A DNA stretch of 64,000 nt from an uncultured Candidatus Poseidoniales archaeon (GCA_902593945.1 CACJKA010000002.1:80807-144806), one strand, 5' to 3'; shown: positions 50,513-60,540, numbered from the stretch's first letter. Notes: generated by a model from the sequence alone, not told the origin. A program made the numbers and translations.

Positions 50513-51247
50513 ATGGACTTCGATGAGGCGATGACTATTCTAGAAAATAGGGCTAGAAGGAGTATCTTACAACACCTGGTAAAGGAGCCTCATTACCCAT
50601 TACAACTGTCTGAATTATTGGAAATAAGTCAACAAGCTGTGATGAAGCACATTAAGGTCTTAGAAAAAGCAGGTTTTATTGAGGCAGAGGTTGTTCCTTC
50701 AGAAAAAGGAGGGCCTCCCAAAAAAATGTATAAAGTAAACCAGTCATTTTCCTTAAGACTTGACTTGGGACCAGAATTGTTCAAAGCGGAACATCGAACT
50801 ATTCCTGCTGGCGGGCCGATGAGACTATCGAATAAATTGCCTCCAGAATTAGATTCTGTAATAGATAGTTTAGGGACTAGGAGGGAGATATCAATGTCTG
50901 AAGCAATGGATATTTTATCGAGATTAGATTCCTCTCTAGAAAAAATAGATCAACAAAGAGATGCAATCATTGCCTTGCATCAACAAATAATGATGAAGAC
51001 ATCAAAAGAAGTTACAAAAAATGCTGAGTCGTATGAAGAGAGAATTATGGCTAGAGAAATGATGACTCAGCCGAGAAGACCATTAGACCTAGATATATTC
51101 TCACAAAATCTAAGAATTCAAGAGTCTCAGGCCGAGGATATTATGGAAAATATACGAAATAGGTTGATGAAAGATTTTGTAATAAACAACGATAACTTCG
51201 TTTCTGCTGACAAGGATACTCCGCTTCCTTGGTGGCTAATTAAATAA
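50513..51247 (+). CDS. ArsR-family HTH transcriptional regulator with coiled coil
   Basis: LENRARRSIL...PHYPLQLSELL.ISQQAVMKH.KVLE...GPPKKMY. Start placed at ATG 50513. Confidence 0.88.
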   Translation: MDFDEAMTILENRARRSILQHLVKEPHYPLQLSELLEISQQAVMKHIKVLEKAGFIEAEVVPSEKGGPPKKMYKVNQSFSLRLDLGPELFKAEHRTIPAGGPMRLSNKLPPELDSVIDSLGTRREISMSEAMDILSRLDSSLEKIDQQRDAIIALHQQIMMKTSKEVTKNAESYEERIMAREMMTQPRRPLDLDIFSQNLRIQESQAEDIMENIRNRLMKDFVINNDNFVSADKDTPLPWWLIK

Positions 51248-51267
51248 CCAAATATTTCAAATATTAT

Positions 51268-54200
51268 TCAAAACTGTGTATCAGAGTCATCATCAAGATT
51301 GGCCATCATACTACTCTTTTCTGCAAATCTATCCAATGCTTCCATCCTTCTGCCGTACATAACTACTCCAGCAACTGCAATTAATGCAAATGTCGCTCCA
51401 AGTATTATTGCTGGAACAGAATATCTAGCTACAATTTCCACACCTACATCTAAAATCCCGTTATTTGAGCCCATATCTCCTGCAGACACGAAATTATTTT
51501 TCTCGTCTGTCTCAACAATAATGTTCTCCGGATCTACTACTACTACTACTTCATGTGTTCCTGCCTCAACTAAGTAAAGTAATGTGATAAGTGGTGGCTC
51601 ATCATCTGAAGATGTGGGCATGATTGCTTCAATCAATTGCCTATATGCTACGTTTTCTTCGGCGCAACCGTTTTTCTTAATCGAACTAACAGATTGTCCC
51701 ACGCACAAAATAACATTCACATCTGTTGCATGAGAATTACCATCATTCAAAATTGAAACTGTTACTGAAAGCATGTCTCCAATCTCTCCTTTACGGGTTC
51801 CTACATCGACTGTCGAAATCTGTAAATCTGGAGCCCTTAGTCTTAATTCTAAGACTTGTTCATTGGTATCACAATTCGGACGGTAATTATCGGGGAAACC
51901 GTCGCCATTCATATCAATTGTACAAGAATCTTCCCAAATTGCTGTTTCATCGAAATCTCCGCCTGATAACGAGTCTCCGAAGCTTGATTTTAATTTGATT
52001 CCAATCTCTCTATCTGCTAAAGCGGCGGTAGGGTCGATTGTAACTATTGCAACTAACTGTAATGTAGTGTATGAAGGCATGACTGGAAGTGTTATTCGTC
52101 CTTTAGAATCCTTGTAACAGGTGTCTGTTGGAAGAGGATCGCCCTGCATCAATACTACACAAGGACGTTCGATTGGATATTCTGAGCCAAAGCCTTCTAG
52201 CAATGCATAATCGATTCTCCATGAGCTAAGGGCATTCAAACCCGGAGCCGAGTCCCAGCCCGCACCGTCCATTGTGTGGTTATGTACAGTAGGTTGATCT
52301 GCAACGTTACCAAAGTTTGTCACGTTCATAGTAAACCTGACTACCCTGCCTGGGGCGGTTGTCTTGATTCTGCTTTCAACCGTTGGATCGACTGTGATTC
52401 TCATATCATGGAATTCCACTACCTCTACTTGTAATGTGACTAAGTCTCTAAGTTTGGTTCCTTCAAACGATTCTTCACTGTATATTTCTATTACTATTGT
52501 ATATTGGCCAGCCAATGTCTCTTCTGGAACATTTATCATAAGAGGGATTTGTTGAGATTCATCTCTATCTAATTCTTGGAAAAGAATTCTCGGTATTACT
52601 ATGTCCCAAACATCGGAGTTTCCATCTTGATCGACGATAGAGCCTACTGCCATATCATAGCGATCGGCCCCATTTCCTGTGTTCTGTATAATAGTGTCAA
52701 GTTGATACTCTTGTCCCGGATATAGTGAAAGTATAGTCTCAGTACTTGCTTCTAAATCGTATCTTTGAATTACATTAGTTACAAGAACTACTGAATCTCT
52801 AACTTTAGGCGCTCCATCTAATGTTGCTTTAACGGTTACAGAATCTCCAATTCCTGCTGTTGCATTATACGGCGCACACATCTCTGCAGTAACTGTTCTT
52901 GGAGCGTCTACTGTCCAATAACGAGGAGTTTCTTGGGGTATACTATTCCCTCCTGGTGCCTCTGAAAAATCAAGATTTACGGTCCAATGATCAAATCGCC
53001 ATGTTTGATCTGAAACCCCTTCTGGTTTCTCTTCAGGCCCGCCAGGTGTTGTAAATACTAAATGACCTGGGGTGAAATTCTTCGTAACTTCAATATCAAA
53101 TTCTGAACATTCACCCGGTAAAACATGCATTGTAGTTTCGCCTAATTGGAATACAATATTTCCAGTACTCTTGATGGATACATTGACCCACAGTTCGAGA
53201 ATATCAAATGTCCCTTTATCTACAGACAATACTGGTTCGCCTGTTGACCATCCTTTCAAGTAAATCACAAACGTACCTGGTTCTTGAGATGTAGGTACAT
53301 CAATTTGTAAATTTCTAGTCATTGATTGGCCCGGATCTAAAGATAAAGATGTTGGGAAAGTCACTCCCCAACCGAAAGGCAAAGCCCATTCCGTTTGTCC
53401 TTCAAGTGTTGTTGGGTCATAGAAGGCAAACGTATCATATACATTCCCAGTATTTGTTATCGATATTGAGAACGTCGCCTGCTGACCTTGTTCAACATCT
53501 GCTTGGAAATGGCTAGTGTCTAACTCAATTCCGTGAACTACGTCCATTAATGTGAGAGTAATGGCTTCATCTCTAATTGCTGGATCTTTGTAAGATATTG
53601 CTGTAACTTTGATAGTTGCTAATTCATCATGGTGTGCCTGATATATTGAAGGTGCTCTGACTCTCATGTACAAATTAAGACTCTCTCCTCCCTGCAAAGA
53701 CACAGGGGTTGAATCAAAAATAGGAGTATGGTTACTGGCAAAGAATATACTAGCACTCCAATTGGTTGGAACGCCTTCGACTGCTAATGAAAATATGTCT
53801 GAAACTAAATCGGCTGGACCAGGAGTTGGATTGGATATCGACATGTTGTAAGTAGTCTGCTCACTAGGTTCAATAGTATGATAGAATGTTTCATCTTCAG
53901 CTAGTGAAACGTCAACCAAACCTGTAAGGATATGAACGTAACAAAGTGTGTACACTCCGCCATTATTTTCATCGCTACATTTGTTAGTATCGGACCAAGC
54001 AACATGAGCACCACTACCCATATCGTTGGCGAAAGCAGGGGGTTGGCCTAATTCAGGAAGAGCAGGGGAGTTAGGCCCTAATTTATCTGATTGCCATTCA
54101 GTTATAGGAAGTAATTCCCAAGGGTCAAAAATTGCGGAAGCAATAGAATTCAGAGGGAAACCTGCTGGATAGTCATTATTTGTATGATTCAGACGAGTGT

Positions 54201-56337
54201 ACATCAAAGTTTCACCCTGAGAACCGTTGTAATTATCTAACCAAGTTAAATGGACATTATCAAATGAATCTGTTAAAATTGATGGCATGTGAGAGTTTGC
54301 TCCAAACGGACGATCGGGAGCTAAACCTTCGTAACCTTCGACATTAGATATTGCTGCGTCAGAGATTTGCTTAATTGCATATGATGGTAGTCCTTCACTA
54401 ACTCCATCCCATGCTCCTGCCGAACTCAAACGTAAACGCGTATAGTAAATCTCGTAATTTACATCAATTTCGAATCCGTACGCTCTTCCATCCATCCAAG
54501 TTACATGTGTGTTTCCTGAATTATCAATTGCTATTGCGGGATGTAAACTGTAGGCATCATTAAGCGTAACTCTAGTATCATTTACTACTACTAAATGGCC
54601 ATAACCAAGTGCGTCAGGAGATGCACCTAGGTCTTCGATATATCTGTCTGCTGCTTGATCAACAAATGTACCTGAATCTCCTTTTTGCCAGCCAGGCCAT
54701 GGAGATTCAAGAAGAGTTAGTGGATCTAAAACCGTCAAGAAAATTTCTCTTGAGTTATTTGTGGACAAGTATACTAATGCCTCAACCATTAGTTGCATCT
54801 CTGCTAAATTAGCCGAAGTTGTTGGGAAGCTATACATCATTCCTTCGGCGTTGGTTAATGCAAGAGTTGCTCCGTTACATGTTCTAGCGTTCAAACTTGT
54901 AAAACCATTCGGACACTGTGCTAAATCCATCATATGTGATCCTACATCTGTAGAACCGCTACCGAATCCCGCTGCTAAAAGAGGAATTGGAATTATTCCT
55001 GCTGTAACACAAGCATTGTGCGCTTCAAGGATTGATTGGGTATCGTCTGCATCTGTAGCAGGGTCCCCACCATAAGGCCCTTCATCGGAAATTGGGATTA
55101 CTATCTTGGTAGCATTAGGGTTCCATTTGTGATCAAGAACCGTAGGTGGGTTTCCAGGGACGTTTCCTTGATTATCGTGCCATGACATGCATGCCCATGT
55201 GGAAGCAGGACCCCAGAACTCACTATAGTAACCACCATCTTGTGGCAAATCGATTGCTCCATTGGCATAGACTACTTCTGTTAATTCTCTAATGCCGCCA
55301 GAATCGTCATTTGGTTGTAGTCCTAAGGAAGTAGTGCGCGGACCTTGATTGCCGCTTCCTCCTGTTGCATATGCTGTAGCACAATTACCGCTAGTCGCTG
55401 CGGATGGCCAGTTTCCACTCAGAGCATAGAGCGTTTCGTAAACAGTCATATTTGCTCTTTCTAACATTGGTTTCAAACCTTCGAATTGATAACCGCTAGC
55501 AAAAGAGCCCCCATAGAAAACCGCACACATATCGGCCCATTCGGCGTTCATTGAACCTGATGTATCAATAGGAACAACCATCTCTACTTTTCCGCCGCGC
55601 GTATCATCCCATACTACTTGGACGAAATCATCCAAATCCACAGCTACATCCGGGTGTCCTTTGTGACCGATAATTGGAGTTAGTAGTGTTTCATCGACCG
55701 CTATTATTGCAGTTCTTGCGACTACGTCGGCTTCAATCATTGCATAGTAAATTTGAGGTTGTTGGAAATACTTATCCAATGGCTCATAAGAATCTTCCCA
55801 GACAATATGTGCATTGGACTGAGAGTCAACATCAATTGCTGGCCAGTCTCTGTTTTGAGTGTGGCGAGAAACTGTAAAATCATCAATTACTGAAATTGAT
55901 GCGTCAATTGCCACTCCTCCATCGAGATCATCTTGAGTGGGGTCTATTACTGTGTATTTGATAGCCCAGTTGCCAGTTCTATCTGCCCAAACAATATGCG
56001 CCCTATCATTATCATCGATTGCAATATCTGGATGCCAGGCTCTACTTTGTCCTGCATTAGAAATCTGAGTTTCGTCAATTAAAGTCTCACCTCGGGCATC
56101 GACCAATTTGTAATACAGATGCTGGGTGTTTCTACTCCAAACAAAATGTACGTTGCCTTCCGAATCTGAATCTAAAGCTACCATCCTATCATTTTGGCTT
56201 CCGCCATTAACAATTTGCACCGCGTCCGTGAGTACTACCTCACTAGCGGCTACCTGTGGAGCTGCCATTGAAACAAATACTCCCATTACCATCAATGTAA
56301 CCATCATTACGCTACTTCTCATCTTATTTCTATCCAT
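51268..56337 (-). CDS. Large cell-surface protein: seven propeller-like repeats with inserted vWA (MIDAS) domain, Ig-like (NPCBM-assoc/NEW3-like and CARDB-like) stalk, C-terminal TM anchor
   Basis: Signal peptide; seven P.I..D....H(I/V).W.D repeats; IDTSGSM and ISDE vWA motifs; N.GN..D Ig repeats; PDLQI...VVVDPEN.I.ETDEKNN CARDB motif; TM helix and short tail. ATG 56337 follows the SD-like GAGGTGA. Confidence 0.88.
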   Translation of the reverse strand: MDRNKMRSSVMMVTLMVMGVFVSMAAPQVAASEVVLTDAVQIVNGGSQNDRMVALDSDSEGNVHFVWSRNTQHLYYKLVDARGETLIDETQISNAGQSRAWHPDIAIDDNDRAHIVWADRTGNWAIKYTVIDPTQDDLDGGVAIDASISVIDDFTVSRHTQNRDWPAIDVDSQSNAHIVWEDSYEPLDKYFQQPQIYYAMIEADVVARTAIIAVDETLLTPIIGHKGHPDVAVDLDDFVQVVWDDTRGGKVEMVVPIDTSGSMNAEWADMCAVFYGGSFASGYQFEGLKPMLERANMTVYETLYALSGNWPSAATSGNCATAYATGGSGNQGPRTTSLGLQPNDDSGGIRELTEVVYANGAIDLPQDGGYYSEFWGPASTWACMSWHDNQGNVPGNPPTVLDHKWNPNATKIVIPISDEGPYGGDPATDADDTQSILEAHNACVTAGIIPIPLLAAGFGSGSTDVGSHMMDLAQCPNGFTSLNARTCNGATLALTNAEGMMYSFPTTSANLAEMQLMVEALVYLSTNNSREIFLTVLDPLTLLESPWPGWQKGDSGTFVDQAADRYIEDLGASPDALGYGHLVVVNDTRVTLNDAYSLHPAIAIDNSGNTHVTWMDGRAYGFEIDVNYEIYYTRLRLSSAGAWDGVSEGLPSYAIKQISDAAISNVEGYEGLAPDRPFGANSHMPSILTDSFDNVHLTWLDNYNGSQGETLMYTRLNHTNNDYPAGFPLNSIASAIFDPWELLPITEWQSDKLGPNSPALPELGQPPAFANDMGSGAHVAWSDTNKCSDENNGGVYTLCYVHILTGLVDVSLAEDETFYHTIEPSEQTTYNMSISNPTPGPADLVSDIFSLAVEGVPTNWSASIFFASNHTPIFDSTPVSLQGGESLNLYMRVRAPSIYQAHHDELATIKVTAISYKDPAIRDEAITLTLMDVVHGIELDTSHFQADVEQGQQATFSISITNTGNVYDTFAFYDPTTLEGQTEWALPFGWGVTFPTSLSLDPGQSMTRNLQIDVPTSQEPGTFVIYLKGWSTGEPVLSVDKGTFDILELWVNVSIKSTGNIVFQLGETTMHVLPGECSEFDIEVTKNFTPGHLVFTTPGGPEEKPEGVSDQTWRFDHWTVNLDFSEAPGGNSIPQETPRYWTVDAPRTVTAEMCAPYNATAGIGDSVTVKATLDGAPKVRDSVVLVTNVIQRYDLEASTETILSLYPGQEYQLDTIIQNTGNGADRYDMAVGSIVDQDGNSDVWDIVIPRILFQELDRDESQQIPLMINVPEETLAGQYTIVIEIYSEESFEGTKLRDLVTLQVEVVEFHDMRITVDPTVESRIKTTAPGRVVRFTMNVTNFGNVADQPTVHNHTMDGAGWDSAPGLNALSSWRIDYALLEGFGSEYPIERPCVVLMQGDPLPTDTCYKDSKGRITLPVMPSYTTLQLVAIVTIDPTAALADREIGIKLKSSFGDSLSGGDFDETAIWEDSCTIDMNGDGFPDNYRPNCDTNEQVLELRLRAPDLQISTVDVGTRKGEIGDMLSVTVSILNDGNSHATDVNVILCVGQSVSSIKKNGCAEENVAYRQLIEAIMPTSSDDEPPLITLLYLVEAGTHEVVVVVDPENIIVETDEKNNFVSAGDMGSNNGILDVGVEIVARYSVPAIILGATFALIAVAGVVMYGRRMEALDRFAEKSSMMANLDDDSDTQF

Positions 56338-56348
56338 AGAACTCACCT

Positions 56349-56370
56349 CAGCATATGCTGTAACATGTTA
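56349..56370. promoter_or_regulatory. Two abutting perfect palindromes (candidate operator) upstream of the vWA/propeller gene
   Basis: CAGCATATGCTG (56349-56360) and TAACATGTTA (56361-56370), lying between a TATA-like TTAAGTATA (minus strand, about 56385-56393) and the SD. Confidence 0.4.
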
Positions 56371-56428
56371 ATTTGAACATACACTATACTTAACCTCGAC
56401 CCTTACAGGTCATTTTGAAAATACACTA

Positions 56429-57061
56429 TTAAGCCCACTCGTCTCTATCAAAACTGCGTCCAAAATCGCCGGTTTCATCGAAATTTATATCCATTCTTTC
56501 CTGCTCCACCTTTTTTCCTCGTGGGTTTTTATTCGACTTTTTATTGGACCAATCATCTACTGGCCCTGGCTTTCCTGTTCCCGGGCCATAACCAAACTTT
56601 ATTTTATGAATTAACGATAATTTTGTTAGCCAAACTTTCCTCATTGTATGCATGAATTCATTCTGTGTCAAACCATCAAACCAAATAGGCCTAGAGAGAT
56701 TAAATGCTTGAAGGGGGCCTGTTTCTTTCTTTTCCTTTTTCCCTATATGAAGGACCCAATCTAAATTTGCCTGGGTCAACAGTATTCTAGTTTCATGGAG
56801 CCATGATTCCCACTCATGCGAATCCATAGAATAATGTTTTTTCATTTCTAATTGTTGTCCTTCGTCAACTCTGGTTATTGAATAAACTAAAACTAAATTT
56901 CTATTCTTGGGGATTACAACGTTAAATAAATGCGCTGCTTTCGTTGGAGGATACCGTACATGAAGGTGTAGGAAGTTCTGATTGTCTTCTACTTCTCGTG
57001 TTTCCAGTTTTTCACTGGTAAGCCATTTCCTGATCTCATTGGCTGCCGTGGTTGCATCCAT
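56429..57061 (-). CDS. Hypothetical protein (DUF2299-like)
   Basis: IRKWL.SE at the N-terminus and IWFDGLTQNEFM pattern. Confidence 0.65.
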   Translation of the reverse strand: MDATTAANEIRKWLTSEKLETREVEDNQNFLHLHVRYPPTKAAHLFNVVIPKNRNLVLVYSITRVDEGQQLEMKKHYSMDSHEWESWLHETRILLTQANLDWVLHIGKKEKKETGPLQAFNLSRPIWFDGLTQNEFMHTMRKVWLTKLSLIHKIKFGYGPGTGKPGPVDDWSNKKSNKNPRGKKVEQERMDINFDETGDFGRSFDRDEWA

Positions 57062-57081
57062 AGTCGCTGTTTACAGTCAAC

Positions 57082-58635
57082 CTATTTGAGAAGTCCTAAT
57101 TGAATATTCAGTTTTTTAATTAAAATATTAAATTCTTGTCCGGCCGCAGATTTAGAAAATTTACTTATTTTCACTGTGTTTCTATAATTTGTCCACAAAT
57201 CATACCCAGATAAAAATAATAAAGAAGAAATATAGAATACAAATATTATTGAAATGAAAGACAGTAATGCTTGAAGAGAAAGGAATGGATATTGTAGAAC
57301 AGAATCGTACCATTGGAGAACTTCCTGAGGAGGCGTTGCAGGAGATGTTGTGCTCGAAAGGAATGTGATCACAAGAGAGGTAAACGGCCAAAAAATAACT
57401 GGAGAAAACATACCGGCTAACAAAAAGTATGTTGTTCTTGCATCCAGACCTTCATCACTCTTTTCTACCATATAGCGGGCAAGGATAGATTGAACTCCTG
57501 AGCCAATAATTACAGGTATGGATGTTGCGGCCATCAATAATAATCCTATTAATCCAGTAAAAAATGTTGAAATCCTTGTTTTCTTTAATTGTTGATTTTT
57601 ATCTATAGCACTGGAATCTAAATTGTTTAAATTTAATATCTCGGCCGCTTCTTTTGCTGGCGAAATTAAATCTTGATAATGTGTGTTTTGCTTTGTTTCT
57701 TCTCTAATGTGCCTTGTAGCATGTACTTCTTGACTGAGAGTTTTTAGTGGGTTCTTCTCATAATTAGCCTTTAGATGAGCAATTAATATCCAAGCACGAT
57801 AAGTTTCCCAGTCTGGAGCCTCGGGAGTCAAGGGAGATAACTTATGATACATTTCCTCTTTCAATTCATTAACGGCAGAAGCGGGTGGCTCAATCCATTC
57901 ACCGTTTGCCAATCGAGAAGATTGGTCATCATCAAAAACTTGCTTTATTTCAATTGGATTTGTGTATTCAACATAGCTCTTGGTTCTAAACCAATAATGT
58001 CTTTCCCAATGAAGGCCTGTTGGCTGAATTACAGGAGCAGGTAAGCCTCTTTTTTTTGCTATCGCTGCAGATACTAAAGCAGCTCTTGCCGCTCCGGTTC
58101 TCAAAGCATGTAATTTGGAATCTTGGTGAGATTTCCCTTCTGGCATTATCACAGCACCGTGGCCGCCTGCCAAACAATTAGCAATTGTCAACATACTTCT
58201 ATCGTTTATTTTCCTAGCAAAATTTTCGTCTGTTAAACCCGCTTCTACTTCTGCTTTTCTCAGAACTGGTTGGGCTCCATTTCTCCTAGACCACCACCCA
58301 ATGACTGGCCCAGTTATGAGATCATGACGTCCTAAAGATATGATTCTCTTTTCTTGTGTTATTATCATTAAAGTTGGATCGACTAAGCCGTTGATATGGG
58401 TTGCTACCGATATTCTACCTCCCTTATTAGAAGGAATTTTATCAGATTCAAATTTTCTAAATATAATTGATTTACCTACATTGATCATTAATCTTAATAG
58501 ATGGCTAAAGAGTTTGTTGCCAGGATGTTGTCCAGTGTGGTTATATGGTGCTTTTTCTAATTTCTTAATATTGATTTTATGTGCTGCCGCCGATAACTCC
58601 GGCAGAATTTCGGGGGCGCTATCCGAATCGTTCAC
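57082..58635 (-). CDS. Glycerolipid acyltransferase (PlsC/LPLAT superfamily) with C-terminal TM segments
   Basis: ATHINGLVDP catalytic H...D block, GAQPVLR, IMPEGKSH, LRTGAAR and IQPTGL. Confidence 0.88.
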   Translation of the reverse strand: MNDSDSAPEILPELSAAAHKINIKKLEKAPYNHTGQHPGNKLFSHLLRLMINVGKSIIFRKFESDKIPSNKGGRISVATHINGLVDPTLMIITQEKRIISLGRHDLITGPVIGWWSRRNGAQPVLRKAEVEAGLTDENFARKINDRSMLTIANCLAGGHGAVIMPEGKSHQDSKLHALRTGAARAALVSAAIAKKRGLPAPVIQPTGLHWERHYWFRTKSYVEYTNPIEIKQVFDDDQSSRLANGEWIEPPASAVNELKEEMYHKLSPLTPEAPDWETYRAWILIAHLKANYEKNPLKTLSQEVHATRHIREETKQNTHYQDLISPAKEAAEILNLNNLDSSAIDKNQQLKKTRISTFFTGLIGLLLMAATSIPVIIGSGVQSILARYMVEKSDEGLDARTTYFLLAGMFSPVIFWPFTSLVITFLSSTTSPATPPQEVLQWYDSVLQYPFLSLQALLSFISIIFVFYISSLLFLSGYDLWTNYRNTVKISKFSKSAAGQEFNILIKKLNIQLGLLK

Positions 58636-58691
58636 AGCGCTGCGGAGCGGTTAGAGGTTGAGAACACATCGGTTAATTTAGGAAAAATGAT

Positions 58692-59114
58692 TTATTCTAA
58701 TTCTTGTAATATTGCTTTTGAGAGCTCTGTTGCATCGGAATGATCTATAGGTTTTGGCTCCCAAATAAATGAATGGTTGGATTCTGGATATTTAGGAATT
58801 ATATGGAAATGAAGGTGAGGTACTGTCTGCCCAGCATTTTCTCCATTATTTTGGATAATATTGTAATCATTGGCTCCTGTGATTTTCATTATTGCTCTGC
58901 AAATCTTTGGTAGTACCTGCCCCAATGAGGCTGCGGCCTTTTCAGAAAGGCTATCCATTGTAGGCGATTCTTCTTTTGGAACTACCAACGTATGCCCTCG
59001 AGAAAGGGGATTTATATCCAAAAAAGCATAAACAGATTCATCTTCATAGATTTTATGAGAAGGTATGTTCCCAGATAATATTAAACTGAAAATAGTTTTT
59101 TCATTTCCAGCCAT
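58692..59114 (-). CDS. HIT family hydrolase
   Basis: AFLDINP...GHTLVVPK and AGQTVPHLHFHIIP. Start placed at ATG 59114. Confidence 0.94.
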   Translation of the reverse strand: MAGNEKTIFSLILSGNIPSHKIYEDESVYAFLDINPLSRGHTLVVPKEESPTMDSLSEKAAASLGQVLPKICRAIMKITGANDYNIIQNNGENAGQTVPHLHFHIIPKYPESNHSFIWEPKPIDHSDATELSKAILQELE

Positions 59115-59121
59115 TATATCA

Positions 59122-60540
59122 TTAACCCGATTTAGAAATTGCCTCAATAATTGGCACCATTGATTTGATCTGTATAGCATTAACGAGTTCGGTGTTCATT
59201 ACTCTAGATTGATCTGTTAGAGATATTTTTACTTGTTTCAATTCTTTGACATTGGAAAGATTTGTCTCATTATTATTATGAATATTCTTGGCTATATTAG
59301 CAAGTTGGTTTGAGGCCTCCCCTATTGGTTGCCCGTCTTTCGAAAAATAATTTTCTATATTTTTTGAAGCTTTGGATAATTCTTTTTCTATTATTTGGCT
59401 TCCTGCAAAATTAGTATTTTTAACCCAATTTCCAGCATGATTGCCGGCCGCCTCACCCGTGACCAAATCTTCAAGTTGTAAATTTCCTGGAAGGTAACCT
59501 TCTCCATGCATTCCTGTATTGGCGGACCTTCCAGCCGCATAAAGTCCGGTATACCACATTTTTTGAGAATTGAATGTGACACGGGCATTTTCGTCTATTG
59601 GAGCGCCCCCCAAAGTGAATGCTACTGAAGAATATACTGGTATTACTTCAGAGTTGATGTTCAGGCCTGTTCTTTCTTCAATTCGCCTAATTGTTTGAGC
59701 GTACCAAACTTTAGCGTCTGATTCAAGTGATCTCAAATCAAGGACGCAACTATCTCCCCTATCTTCTTCGCCAATCTCTAAATCTTCGCCCGAGTCTTTT
59801 CTGTATCTGCCTCCAACGCTTAAGATATCCACCGGCAAATGTAAATTTGTTCCTTTAATTGTTAAGTGATGTTTAGAAATATTAGACATGCCTTGAAGTT
59901 TTATTCCTGCTGATGCTGCCAATGAAACACCTGTTCCAGAACCTTCTGAAACATTGCTCCAAAGTCCTTGATATCCATCTGTTGCTAAAATTACTGCCTT
60001 TGCTTGTATGCCGAAAACTTCACCGGATTGGACATCTAAGACCGTGATGCCTCGTACTTGTTTACTATCCATTACCAACGATAGTGTTTGTAAATCTGCC
60101 CGCCTGACTATTCCTCTTTTGATAGTCTGTTCTTCAAGAATTCTTGTAATCTCTCGAGATGTAGAATCTCCACAACCAACGAGACGTGGTCGGCTATGGC
60201 CTTGGCAAGTTGCTGCAAAAGGCAATCCGCCTTCCCTTCTTTGTAAAACTAATCCCCAATTTTCTAACTTGGCTAAAACATTCATTGCTTCACCGCAAAC
60301 TCTTGCGGCGGCTAATTTGTTGGTTCTTTCACCTCCTGCTGAGATTGTGTCTTCACGGTGAGCAGTAGAGTCGACTTCATCAAAAGATGCTGCAAAACCA
60401 CTAACTGGCGATAAACCCGAGCCTGAACCTATGCTTTTACTATCAATTACGAGAGGTTTTGTTCCGACATCGGATGATGCTATTGCTGCTCGAAGGGCCG
60501 CTGGGCCACTACCAATAATTACAACGTCCCAAGATTCCAT
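59122..60540 (-). CDS. FAD-binding protein of the SdhA/FrdA/NadB family, degenerate active site
   Basis: DVVIIGSGPAALRAA, AKAVILATDG and GLYAAG. The dicarboxylate-binding His/Arg motifs are replaced. Start placed at ATG 60540. Confidence 0.85.
   Translation of the reverse strand: MESWDVVIIGSGPAALRAAIASSDVGTKPLVIDSKSIGSGSGLSPVSGFAASFDEVDSTAHREDTISAGGERTNKLAAARVCGEAMNVLAKLENWGLVLQRREGGLPFAATCQGHSRPRLVGCGDSTSREITRILEEQTIKRGIVRRADLQTLSLVMDSKQVRGITVLDVQSGEVFGIQAKAVILATDGYQGLWSNVSEGSGTGVSLAASAGIKLQGMSNISKHHLTIKGTNLHLPVDILSVGGRYRKDSGEDLEIGEEDRGDSCVLDLRSLESDAKVWYAQTIRRIEERTGLNINSEVIPVYSSVAFTLGGAPIDENARVTFNSQKMWYTGLYAAGRSANTGMHGEGYLPGNLQLEDLVTGEAAGNHAGNWVKNTNFAGSQIIEKELSKASKNIENYFSKDGQPIGEASNQLANIAKNIHNNNETNLSNVKELKQVKISLTDQSRVMNTELVNAIQIKSMVPIIEAISKSG

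Noticed and set aside
15390..58635. Bacterial-type genes as evidence of a chimeric contig
   Set aside because: They are interleaved with, and often abut or overlap, archaeal-type genes, with no obvious composition break by eye.
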